A DNA stretch of 64,000 nucleotides from a virus, in the IMG/VR virus record IMGVR_UViG_3300017757_000001. One strand, written 5' to 3'. The notes below the pieces were generated by a model, which was not told the origin of the DNA, did no database searches, and saw only the letters and a program-made list of their open reading frames with translations. Positions 40,600 through 49,253 of the stretch are shown here, piece by piece (positions within the stretch are counted from its first letter, which is position 1; each line of letters begins with the position of its first letter). The position numbers and the translations under genes are program-made.

Positions 40600-41308
40600 T
40601 TGTTTTAATTTTTACTAATTTATCTAGTCCTGCATTTATATGCATGGTTTCATTCAACAATAATTCAAATGTATATCTGTCATCTAGAGGTAACACTAGG
40701 TCAACTTGAGAACCCCATCTAATTAAACTAAATCTTTCATTTTGAGTAACTAAATCTCCTTGATGTTTAAAAGGAGCTATAACATTTACATCTTCATCTG
40801 CTATTTGTATTATGTGATATGTGTAATCTAATGTAGGAATGTAAATTTGATTAGACATTCTTTCATTATATTTTAAATAATCCATATTATTAGGATTAAT
40901 TACTTTATTTAGTATATCTTTTTCTACAGCTAACATAGGTTTATTTGTAGATTCAATAGGTTCTAAATTTTTATATTTTAATACCCCTCCATAAGGAATT
41001 CTATAAATATGCACATCATAAAAAGACATAAATATCCCAATTACTAAGGAAGGTTTATTATAACTTTTATCTCCCATAACATCTTGAATAGTATAATCTA
41101 TACCTTTAATTTCAAGTACTTGTTCATTAGGTAAAACTGTTTTTTGATATAAAATAGTTCCATCTGCTGGGCTATAAAAATGTTCATGATCAATGTATGT
41201 TGGTCTTATTGGGTCTCTAAAAAAGAAAGTATTACTTAATACTCCTACAGGCATTTTAGATAATTCTGCAACTTCTCCATTTAACCAATCTTCTAATTCT
41301 TCAGCCAT
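40586..41308 (-). CDS. Phosphatidylserine-decarboxylase-fold (pyruvoyl) proenzyme without an obvious membrane anchor
   Basis: FFFRDPIR, SPADG, IGIFMSFYDVH, NER, QIA, IRWGSQVDL (GS autocleavage motif). Confidence 0.8.
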   Translation of the reverse strand: MAEELEDWLNGEVAELSKMPVGVLSNTFFFRDPIRPTYIDHEHFYSPADGTILYQKTVLPNEQVLEIKGIDYTIQDVMGDKSYNKPSLVIGIFMSFYDVHIYRIPYGGVLKYKNLEPIESTNKPMLAVEKDILNKVINPNNMDYLKYNERMSNQIYIPTLDYTYHIIQIADEDVNVIAPFKHQGDLVTQNERFSLIRWGSQVDLVLPLDDRYTFELLLNETMHINAGLDKLVKIKTNAKI

Positions 41309-42222
41309 TAAAGGAGTGTTTTAAAATGATCTACCCTATTTAAATGCATTACCATACAACTTAACATTGCTCCTGATTTCATATATTCAGATAAGTTAAA
41401 TATTACAGGTTCCATTCCTTCATCAGAACATATTTTTTCTAATGAAGATATTTTATGTTTTTCTCCTTCATAAAATTCATCTTCTTTTTTCATTTCTGAT
41501 ATATTGGAAGCACACAAAATCATATTTCCTAATCTAACTGAGTTTGCCATCCCATACATTGAGTCGTCAGCATCTATGTCTATTATATTAGTATATTTGC
41601 TTAATTGCGCTAACTCTTCTTTTTCATATAACTCCGTACAAACCATTGTTGAGCGCGTATTTAACGGGAATATTGAACAATCTAAATGATACATATATTC
41701 ATCAACCATTTTAACTTTAATAACATTCATGTCAAAATTTTCTTCCATCCAATGGTAAGTTTTTATATCTGATCTAATATCAAACCCACCTATATAAACA
41801 TTATCTTTTAAATATTTTATATCTGCTTCACCTTCCCATTTATGGGGTGATATGTGAGTTTTATAACCCATTTGATTAAAAAACTTTTCACCTACAAATT
41901 CTTCACCCTGTCTTGGTGGAGAAGTATAATTAGATAATAAAATATGATTTTCATCTTTAATATGAGGTAATTGTAAACCTAAATTTGCTACATATATTAG
42001 ATCTTGAAAATTACCTTCTGCAGGTAACAAATGTACTAATGATTGACCTGCCATAAAGTTGTATAAATCCATAAATTGTTTATATGCCTTTGGCCTATTT
42101 ATAGATAATTCTTTTTCTGACATTTCTTTCATCCAAACATTATTTGGATCATTAGTAGAAAAGGTGTGGGGGAAATTCATCACATAACTTTGTATAGGTA
42201 ACTGTGAGGGTGTCTCTTTCAT
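41308..42222 (-). CDS. Amidinotransferase / guanidino-modifying (pentein) enzyme resembling the ArgZ/AgrE arginine-dihydrolase domain
   Basis: NVWM...AYKQF, QDLIYVANLGL, RQGEE, WEGEAD, YHLDC, LSEYMKSGAMLSCM (catalytic Cys). Confidence 0.8.
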   Translation of the reverse strand: MKETPSQLPIQSYVMNFPHTFSTNDPNNVWMKEMSEKELSINRPKAYKQFMDLYNFMAGQSLVHLLPAEGNFQDLIYVANLGLQLPHIKDENHILLSNYTSPPRQGEEFVGEKFFNQMGYKTHISPHKWEGEADIKYLKDNVYIGGFDIRSDIKTYHWMEENFDMNVIKVKMVDEYMYHLDCSIFPLNTRSTMVCTELYEKEELAQLSKYTNIIDIDADDSMYGMANSVRLGNMILCASNISEMKKEDEFYEGEKHKISSLEKICSDEGMEPVIFNLSEYMKSGAMLSCMVMHLNRVDHFKTLL

Positions 42223-42251
42223 TTTAAAACTATTTTTAATTATTATTTGAG

Positions 42252-42260
42252 TATAAATAT
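42252..42260 (-). promoter_or_regulatory. Putative late promoter ATATTTATA
   Basis: Exact motif downstream of the capsid terminator, 30 nt upstream of the amidinotransferase ATG. Confidence 0.65.
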
Positions 42261-42289
42261 ACTACCTATTTATTAGGTAAACAAATAAC

Positions 42290-42318
42290 AAAAAAAAAGC
42301 CCCGCTAATGCGGGGCTT
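42290..42318 (-). terminator. Rho-independent terminator after the major capsid gene
   Basis: AAGCCCCGC-ATTA-GCGGGGCTT followed by a long T run. Confidence 0.92.
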
Positions 42319-42340
42319 CTTAATCATTATGTATTAACTA

Positions 42341-44353
42341 TTAGATAGTGTTTAAACCACTTACCATAATCTTACCATAGAATTCTGGTCTAACCATTTT
42401 CTTCGCGTATCTAGTCAATAGACCTTTACGTGGAACAAAAGTGTTTGGATCATAAACCATTGGAGTCATGATTAATGGAATATACGGAGCAAATACAGCA
42501 CCAGCTTCTAAGAACTGACCACCTCTATATCCCATAAGAATTGTATTCTCTGTCATATAAGGGTTTTTGTAAACTGTATATCTAGAATTCATTTGTCCAG
42601 CTTTTTGTACTCCAAATGCATAAGACGCTTTTGAAGTGTCTCCATCTGAATTACTTGCAAATCCTGGAATTGATTCTAAAATAGTACCAACTGAAGGAGA
42701 GCAAACTAAGAAATTAGCACCACCTCTAAGAGTTCTTTGGTGAATAATATTACTTAATTTTTGCATCTTTGTTCCTAAAGTTTGGAACCATTGTCCTTGT
42801 GAGTTATAAAATCCTAAATCAGAATTTACAACACCACCTGCAGAAATTGCTAAATTGTTTTCTGCTGACCAGTACTCAGTACCTGCCGCTGCATCTTCAA
42901 TTAGCATTCCAAGAATTTCTAAATCAATTTCAAGTGAAATATACTCACTCATAATTGAAGTTAATTCAGCTTCTGCATCTAAAGAATGATAAGCATTTAA
43001 ATCTTGAGCAAACTCAGGAGTCCAAACAGCTTTCAATTTTTTAGTTTTAGCAACAATAGCTTCACTTGACATTTTAACATCAATTTCTGGAATGTCAAAC
43101 GTTGCGTTTGCATTGTCTCCATTTAAATTGGTGTTATCCCATTCGAAGTCACCTCTGTTGTTATCAGTTGGAGCTAGTACTTGAGATATTCTAACACCTG
43201 TTCCACCTACAAAGTTTCCTGCATTAAGTACGAATTGGATAAATGTACCTACTTCAGTAACACCTTGAATAGTGTAAACTAATGAAGCATAAGCAGCATT
43301 AGCACCAATAACAGGTAAAGAAGCTTTAGGGAATGTAATAGCATCACCAACTTTAAATCCAGCACCTGGATTAGTAGCAGTAATAGTTACACCTGCAGCT
43401 AAGTTAGCACCTGCAGCAACTACTGTAAATACAGCACCTGTTCCAGTACCATTTGTAGTCCAAGTAGAAACACCTGCATCAGTTCCTGCAACAGTAGTAC
43501 CACCACCAGTTACAGATCCTGCACCACCTAATCCAGCAATACCTAGGTCTAAACCTATTCTTAATCCATCAGTAGTTACTTTTGTAAATGCTGGGTATTG
43601 GTTAGCACCAACATCACCTAATCCTGTGTTTGCTGCACCACCTGCATCACCTGCTAAAGCTGGCTTCAAGTAGAAAGCTGAAACCGCTGTTGGGTCCCAA
43701 ATACCTGCACCTGCTGCATCTTGAGCTAAGTTAGTAGTTAAAGTTTGAGCTAATTGTAAGTTACCTGCTAAAAATGAAGCTGAAACAGCACCATCTGCAT
43801 TACAATCTCTAAACCAATCAACATTACCTGCTGTCATTCCAGCTTGAGTAAATGACTCAGTATCTTGTGTTGAATATGAAAATCTACCTGCACCATAAAG
43901 ACCACCTTTTGCAGCATTACCAAAAGTATTTGCTGGATCAGTGTCACCATAAAGTGAAGTATTTTGTGCAAATGGAGTCTTAGCAGTTCCGTATTGGAAA
44001 TCTAAGAAAAATACTAGACCAGAAGGTAAGTTCATTGGTTGAACCGAAACAAATTCTTTTGCTGCGATTTGACCAAATACTTTTCTTACCAATGGTAAAG
44101 CAACTCCTGCCCATTGTGCACCTCTACCAGGAGAGAAAGTACCAGATCCAGCACCACCACCTGTGTTACTGTCCTCTGTTACTAATTGTTTAGCTTGATT
44201 TTCTAAGATCATAGACATATTATTTTTGTCTGTCTCAGAAGCTAAACCTTCAAGTAGGCCTGTTTTGCCCCACTTGGACGCTAACCTTGCAGCATCACTT
44301 TGTAGTGACTTGTAAGGATTTGCGGATTCTAAAAGTGAATTTAATTGACTCAT
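42341..44353 (-). CDS. gp23: Major capsid protein (T4 gp23-like) with a large internal insertion
   Basis: KWGKTGLLEG, LENQA, VSVQPMNLPSGLVF, KKLKAVWTPEFAQDLNAYH, EIDLEI, APYIPL, GLLTRYA; 670 aa. Confidence 0.96.
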   Translation of the reverse strand: MSQLNSLLESANPYKSLQSDAARLASKWGKTGLLEGLASETDKNNMSMILENQAKQLVTEDSNTGGGAGSGTFSPGRGAQWAGVALPLVRKVFGQIAAKEFVSVQPMNLPSGLVFFLDFQYGTAKTPFAQNTSLYGDTDPANTFGNAAKGGLYGAGRFSYSTQDTESFTQAGMTAGNVDWFRDCNADGAVSASFLAGNLQLAQTLTTNLAQDAAGAGIWDPTAVSAFYLKPALAGDAGGAANTGLGDVGANQYPAFTKVTTDGLRIGLDLGIAGLGGAGSVTGGGTTVAGTDAGVSTWTTNGTGTGAVFTVVAAGANLAAGVTITATNPGAGFKVGDAITFPKASLPVIGANAAYASLVYTIQGVTEVGTFIQFVLNAGNFVGGTGVRISQVLAPTDNNRGDFEWDNTNLNGDNANATFDIPEIDVKMSSEAIVAKTKKLKAVWTPEFAQDLNAYHSLDAEAELTSIMSEYISLEIDLEILGMLIEDAAAGTEYWSAENNLAISAGGVVNSDLGFYNSQGQWFQTLGTKMQKLSNIIHQRTLRGGANFLVCSPSVGTILESIPGFASNSDGDTSKASYAFGVQKAGQMNSRYTVYKNPYMTENTILMGYRGGQFLEAGAVFAPYIPLIMTPMVYDPNTFVPRKGLLTRYAKKMVRPEFYGKIMVSGLNTI

Positions 44354-44385
44354 TTCTTTTAATTTTAAAGTTTAATTATTATTTT

Positions 44386-45504
44386 TTAAATTATACCAGC
44401 AAGTTTTTTAAATCTATTCACCATTTCATTAGACTCAACAATAGGTTTTTTAGTAGTATTTGACTTACCAACTATTGTTTTAGAAGCACGACCCAAGTTA
44501 ACATTTTCAGTTACTGGTTTTTTAGTATTTTTTAATCCTCCTTTAAGAGTTTCAAATACTAATTTTACTTCTTTAACATTTTCAGCTTTGTCAAATGCTG
44601 TTAATACCTTTACCTTTTGAGCTTCAGTTAGGTTTTTAGCTTTAAATATCTTATTTGAATATAACAATTTAGCGTTAAGAATATTAATTTCGTTTAATTC
44701 TGATCTTAGTGTTTTAATAGTAGCATAAGCTTCTTTTAAATCTTCATCATCCTTACCTTCTTTCATATCCTTTTTAGCGTCTGCTTTAGCGTCTTTGATA
44801 CCATCTTTGTATCCTTCTTCTTCAGCATCTGTTCTTTTGTCTTCAGCTAAATCAATATCTACGTCTACAGATTCATCATCTACAACTTCAATATCATCTT
44901 CAACTTCAACATCTACTTCTTCATCGTTAGCCATTTCAACTGCATCACCACCAGCTTCTAACTCACCAGCAGTAACCATGTCTGCAATTACATCTTCGAT
45001 AAATACTTTAAGATCTTCGTCTGACATATCATCAAGATCAATATCTTCATCTTCCATGTCATCCTTCTCGTCCTTCATACCGTCTTCGTAGCCTTCTTCC
45101 TCAGCATCCGTACGTTCGTCCTCTTTCAAGTCCTCTTTTTCGTCCTTCATACCGTCTTTGTAGCCTTCTTCTTCAGCATCTGTTCGAGCATCTTCTTTTA
45201 ACTCATTTTCTAATTCTGCTAAGACTTCGTCTAAATCAGAACTATCTTCTTCCTTAATTTTACGCATTTTTTCAGTTTCAAGCTCTTCAGCATTGTCACC
45301 TTTTAAACCTTTACGCATTACGGGATCAGACATTTCTTCTTTAACTTCTTCATCTTTATTATCCATTTCTTCTAACTTTGCAGCAAGCATTGTTTTAAGT
45401 TGTGGAGTAAAAGATTCTTCTAAAGCAGCCTTAGCATTTGCAATTGCTGATTCTTTAACAGCTTTTGCATCGGCGATAGCCTCTTTTAAAAATTCTCTGT
45501 TCAT
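44386..45504 (-). CDS. Prohead core / scaffold protein (T4 gp22-like)
   Basis: Very acidic and helical; EAIADAKAVKESAIANAKAALEE; ELNEINILNAKLLY; ends RFKKLAGII; between protease and MCP. Confidence 0.8.
   Translation of the reverse strand: MNREFLKEAIADAKAVKESAIANAKAALEESFTPQLKTMLAAKLEEMDNKDEEVKEEMSDPVMRKGLKGDNAEELETEKMRKIKEEDSSDLDEVLAELENELKEDARTDAEEEGYKDGMKDEKEDLKEDERTDAEEEGYEDGMKDEKDDMEDEDIDLDDMSDEDLKVFIEDVIADMVTAGELEAGGDAVEMANDEEVDVEVEDDIEVVDDESVDVDIDLAEDKRTDAEEEGYKDGIKDAKADAKKDMKEGKDDEDLKEAYATIKTLRSELNEINILNAKLLYSNKIFKAKNLTEAQKVKVLTAFDKAENVKEVKLVFETLKGGLKNTKKPVTENVNLGRASKTIVGKSNTTKKPIVESNEMVNRFKKLAGII
44790..45195 (-). repeat. Three copies of an intragenic repeat encoding ED(A/E/K)RTDAEEEGY(K/E)DG(M/I)KD
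   Basis: Visible in the scaffold translation and DNA (~44790-44845, ~45068-45125, ~45137-45195). Confidence 0.85.
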
Positions 45505-45536
45505 TTTTCCTAAATTTAATTTGTTTGTTGGGAAAG

Positions 45537-45680
45537 TACGTTTATTATAAAACGTAATAGATTAACTCTTGTTATCGATGTCATATAAGAAATGACATAT
45601 TATGATAATACGTATATGAAGATTATTTAAAGTCGCAAAAAGTGAAAGAGGCGACTAATTAAAGAACGCCTCTCTCGGGG
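45537..45680 (-). promoter_or_regulatory. Structured intergenic region: terminator-like stem, alternative stem, promoter variant ATACGTATT and two 7-bp leader hairpins
   Basis: GAGAGAGGCG/CGCCTCTTTC + ACTTTTT; AGTCGC/GCGACT; ATGTCAT/ATGACAT (45578-45598); TACGTTT/AAACGTA (45537-45556). Confidence 0.55.
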
Positions 45681-45697
45681 TACAAGGGGTAAAATTT

Positions 45698-46306
45698 TTA
45701 TTTAATAGGACAAAATCCTTTGGCACATAAAATTTCTGTAATAATAGAATTTACTTTTGTATAATTTTTTTGGTTTGAAAAATCTAATCCTTCAGTTACT
45801 AAATGCATAAATGAATCTGGATTTGAGGGTGTTGAAACAAAATCCCAACATAATAATTCAAAATCATCTTGTACTTCTTGTACTTCTCCCATTGGTTTTA
45901 AACTCCCCATCCCTCGAGAAGAAACACCAACTGTAATTCCATTTTCAATAAGTGCTTTTAATATATTTCCTGCTGGTGTTGGAAGTAATTCTATTTTACC
46001 CATTACTTTATCTCCATCCCACCACATATCTGTTATATTATGAGATACATTTTTTAAGTTAATAACTGTAGAATCAGGATGATCTAATTCGCCCATTGCT
46101 CTATGTTCTTTAACTAATACATCATACTTGTCAATTTCTCTTTCCCATAATTCTTTAGAATAATAACGACCATTACCGTTTTTAACCTCAGCAGTAGCTA
46201 ATATTCCTTCTACTAAAGGGTTACCTCTATCAGATGTATTATTTTCATTTAAAATATTTTTAGTAATATTAAATGCTTGTACTTCTACTAACTGTTGCTT
46301 GGCCAT
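45698..46306 (-). CDS. gp21: Prohead core protease (T4 gp21-like); start corrected to ATG at 46306
   Basis: KNGNGRYYS, GELDHP, NVSH, TPAG, GVSSRGMGS, WDFVSTPS. Confidence 0.95.
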   Translation of the reverse strand: MAKQQLVEVQAFNITKNILNENNTSDRGNPLVEGILATAEVKNGNGRYYSKELWEREIDKYDVLVKEHRAMGELDHPDSTVINLKNVSHNITDMWWDGDKVMGKIELLPTPAGNILKALIENGITVGVSSRGMGSLKPMGEVQEVQDDFELLCWDFVSTPSNPDSFMHLVTEGLDFSNQKNYTKVNSIITEILCAKGFCPIK

Positions 46307-46310
46307 ATTA

Positions 46311-47399
46311 TTATTTATTTTCTTCTTCTTCATTCCTTGGAGCCCAATCAGCACCCATACCATTTTGCTCTTTCCAAGCTTCAGGATCCATTTCTGTTAC
46401 TACTTCTTGTGCTGTGTATTTTTTTCCACTCATCTTTTCATACAACTTTTCCATTTTTAATTTACGTTTATTTAAATCTTTAATTTCACGTTGCATTAAT
46501 TTAATTTTTTTACTATCAACTAACTCAGATAAACTTTCATCTTCACTAACCATATTTAATCTAGTTGTTTTTGACTCAATAATTTCATCAATAGTTGCAA
46601 TTTTTGTTTCCATTGCTACAATTTGAGATGCTTTATCAATTTCAGCTAATTTATTATCTAATGTTTGTTTTTTTTCTTTAATTGGTTTTCTTTTTTTAGG
46701 TGGTGTTGCTCCTAATGGGCCTTCTACTAAACTTACTAATGATATCATATTATTTTCTTTATTTTCATTTATATCTAAATAACCTGTTCCAATTCTCCCA
46801 TCAGGAAAATCTTTTTTGGTTGAGTCACCATGACCACTTGAAGCATATTTACCTTTAATTTCCTTGGGTTTTAAAGAAACAGCATCCTCTGTATAACCTA
46901 TACCTTCTATCCCAAATTGAGCTTTTTCAACATAATACATTGGATCTTTTTCAAGATTTTTTCTTACTATATCTTTTAATTCTTGTTCTGTTTTTTTAGC
47001 ATTTTTAGGATTTCTTAATTCTGTGTAGTATCCTCTTAAAAATTCTTCAAAATTCATATTATCGATAACAGCTTTATCTTTATAATCATACCCAGCTGTT
47101 TCTAAATCAACTACTTCTTTAGTTGGTTTTTTTTCAATAGCTTTAGCTTCTTCAGCTATTACATTCATATTTTCATCAAATATACTAAACCAATCAGGTT
47201 TTTCATTACTGGTATTAGCTACCATAATGTTTTCTGATATAACAGAACGTTGTTTTAATATTTTAGTTGCCTCAGAGAAAGTAGATGCACTACTAATCAT
47301 ATTGGGGTATATTCTTTTAGCTTCTTTTAAAAAGATAGATTTATTACCTTTACCTTTTTGAAGATTATTATATTGCTCTTGTAGTGTTTTTTGTTTCAT
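46311..47399 (-). CDS. Hypothetical, probable prohead core / internal protein
   Basis: 362 aa, charged, many L/I/V-x-E sites, NLEKDPMYY; between portal and protease. Confidence 0.65.
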   Translation of the reverse strand: MKQKTLQEQYNNLQKGKGNKSIFLKEAKRIYPNMISSASTFSEATKILKQRSVISENIMVANTSNEKPDWFSIFDENMNVIAEEAKAIEKKPTKEVVDLETAGYDYKDKAVIDNMNFEEFLRGYYTELRNPKNAKKTEQELKDIVRKNLEKDPMYYVEKAQFGIEGIGYTEDAVSLKPKEIKGKYASSGHGDSTKKDFPDGRIGTGYLDINENKENNMISLVSLVEGPLGATPPKKRKPIKEKKQTLDNKLAEIDKASQIVAMETKIATIDEIIESKTTRLNMVSEDESLSELVDSKKIKLMQREIKDLNKRKLKMEKLYEKMSGKKYTAQEVVTEMDPEAWKEQNGMGADWAPRNEEEENK

Positions 47400-47404
47400 T
47401 ATTT

Positions 47405-47758
47405 TTATTTTAATAAGTCCTTTATATCTTTTATATAATCTAATACTAAATCTGTAGGTTTTACAACAGCATAAGACTTAGGATTGTTTGTATAGTAATC
47501 ACTTGTTTCATTTCTAGCGTTGGACAACATTTTATAAATATCATTCATTTCTTTCTCAATTAAATCAAATGCACCTATTCTTTCTTTATGAAAATTATTT
47601 AATGATTCTTCTTCCCATAATTTTTTTACTACTATACCGGATCCTTTAATTTTATCTGGTACTAATTTATATCCAAAATCTTTTGTATAGGTATTATTTT
47701 TAACACCATCCTTACCTGCTTTTGGACCTGGTCCTAATGTCGCACCTGGATCTTTCAT
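47405..47758 (-). CDS. Hypothetical, probable head protein
   Basis: 117 aa, ATGA-coupled to the upstream gene. Confidence 0.65.
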   Translation of the reverse strand: MKDPGATLGPGPKAGKDGVKNNTYTKDFGYKLVPDKIKGSGIVVKKLWEEESLNNFHKERIGAFDLIEKEMNDIYKMLSNARNETSDYYTNNPKSYAVVKPTDLVLDYIKDIKDLLK

Positions 47759-48369
47759 TTTTTCTTTTTCTTTTTCTTAAATGCATAAGGTGTTGCATAT
47801 TGCATTCCTGTACCTGCTGAAAATGTTGCTGATCCTGCTCCACCACCAGTTGAAGACATTTCATCTAATCCCCCACCTAATTCTCCTTTTAATCCTGTTG
47901 ACTTTAAAATTAATTCATATTCTGCAGGGTAATTTTTTCTTAAATGAGTTCTATAATCATTAAATGTTTTATTTAATTTATCAAAAATTTGAGCAAATTT
48001 AGGATCATTAGCTACATCTTTATTTTTAGAGATAAATTTTACATCATCTCTCATTTCTGTAAAATTTCTAAATATTTTAGAAAAGGTAGGTAATCTATAT
48101 TGAGTAGAAACTGATCTACCTCCTGTATTTACTTCACCACCATAATCTGGGTTTAATTTTTCCCAATACATTGAGAAATTACCTGTAAAATAACTTCCTT
48201 TTGGAATTGGTCCAAATTTTTTTTCAATTTTCTTTAAAAATGATTCTGGAATTCTTGGATCTTCTACATAAATAACCCCACTAAACTCATCAGACTTTTT
48301 TTTAAAGTCTTTTTCATCTTGGGGTTCTACAAACTCTACTTCTTTTATGTTATATTTAAATTTATCCAT
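47755..48369 (-). CDS. Hypothetical, probable head protein
   Basis: 204 aa; C-terminal LDEMSSTGGG...YATPYAFKKKKKK. Confidence 0.65.
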   Translation of the reverse strand: MDKFKYNIKEVEFVEPQDEKDFKKKSDEFSGVIYVEDPRIPESFLKKIEKKFGPIPKGSYFTGNFSMYWEKLNPDYGGEVNTGGRSVSTQYRLPTFSKIFRNFTEMRDDVKFISKNKDVANDPKFAQIFDKLNKTFNDYRTHLRKNYPAEYELILKSTGLKGELGGGLDEMSSTGGGAGSATFSAGTGMQYATPYAFKKKKKKK

Positions 48370-49219
48370 TAGCTTTTGATAATTCTTCTAAAAGACTATG
48401 ATATTGAAGTAAGTCAACTAGATGGTTTGATTTTATGTTAGTTCTTTTACCTGCTTCTTTAATTAATTCTTTTACCTCATTAAGTTTAATTTTAATAGCT
48501 TTATCTTTTATAATATCTATTTGTTCATCAATTTGATTTTTAATAGATATAACTTCTAAATTATAAAATTCTTTTAATTTTGAAGTACTATCAACTGTGT
48601 TTATAAATTCTTTTAAGATTAATTTTTGTTTATCATTTAAATCAGAATATTTATCATTAAATTTTTCTAATAATACTCTATAAGTTAATATACGAACATC
48701 TTTAGGATAATTTTTAAATTCTTCTATAATATCTTCTTTAACTGTATTTTTATTTACTTCTTTAGATGTTAAATGTTCTAATAATGTAACTTTATTATCT
48801 ACAATTTGATTAGGATTAACTACTTTTTCTGTATTATAAATTTCTATTAAAGAATATAATGAAGCTTGGGCTTTATAATTTGTTAATTTTGTTTTAAATA
48901 GATCTTCTAGATTATAATTTCTTTTTAATTCTTTAATTAAATTATATTTTTCTCTTTTTAATCTAGTTCTATTCATCTTTTTAGATGATTCCAAAATTGT
49001 ATTCAATATAGCAGATGCTCTTGATTCTGATATTCCCTTAGATTTAAATACTAATTCGTATAATTTATACTCTTTTCCTAATTCTGTGTTTACAAAATTT
49101 TCTTTAAGTATTTTAATAGCTTTTGATTCTGTTCCCGCTAAGGTATCCGCTGTAATTTTTCTAACTAAGATTTCGAACAAAATTCCAGTGTTCTTATATT
49201 TTGAGTGTTTGATATACAT
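48362..49219 (-). CDS. Hypothetical helical protein immediately downstream of portal (prohead-core-like); start corrected to ATG at 49219
   Basis: KHSKYKNTGILFEILVR N-terminus; late motif upstream. Confidence 0.7.
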   Translation of the reverse strand: MYIKHSKYKNTGILFEILVRKITADTLAGTESKAIKILKENFVNTELGKEYKLYELVFKSKGISESRASAILNTILESSKKMNRTRLKREKYNLIKELKRNYNLEDLFKTKLTNYKAQASLYSLIEIYNTEKVVNPNQIVDNKVTLLEHLTSKEVNKNTVKEDIIEEFKNYPKDVRILTYRVLLEKFNDKYSDLNDKQKLILKEFINTVDSTSKLKEFYNLEVISIKNQIDEQIDIIKDKAIKIKLNEVKELIKEAGKRTNIKSNHLVDLLQYHSLLEELSKANG

Positions 49220-49234
49220 CAATATTTATTTTTT

Positions 49235-49243
49235 TATAAATAT
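49235..49243 (-). promoter_or_regulatory. Putative late promoter ATATTTATA
   Basis: Exact motif 16 nt upstream of ATG at 49219. Confidence 0.65.
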
Positions 49244-49253
49244 ATTAAAATTT

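Noticed and set aside
46307-46363. N-terminal extension MVWVLIGLQG of the protease in the ORF track
   Set aside because: It overlaps the upstream gene; ATG at 46306 follows the upstream stop with an A-rich leader and gives a normal gp21-size protein
47750-47780. A-rich poly-Lys end of the 204-aa ORF as a possible -1 frameshift into the next gene
   Set aside because: G-AAA-AAA is not a canonical slippery heptamer, and the ATGA overlap is explained by ordinary translational coupling
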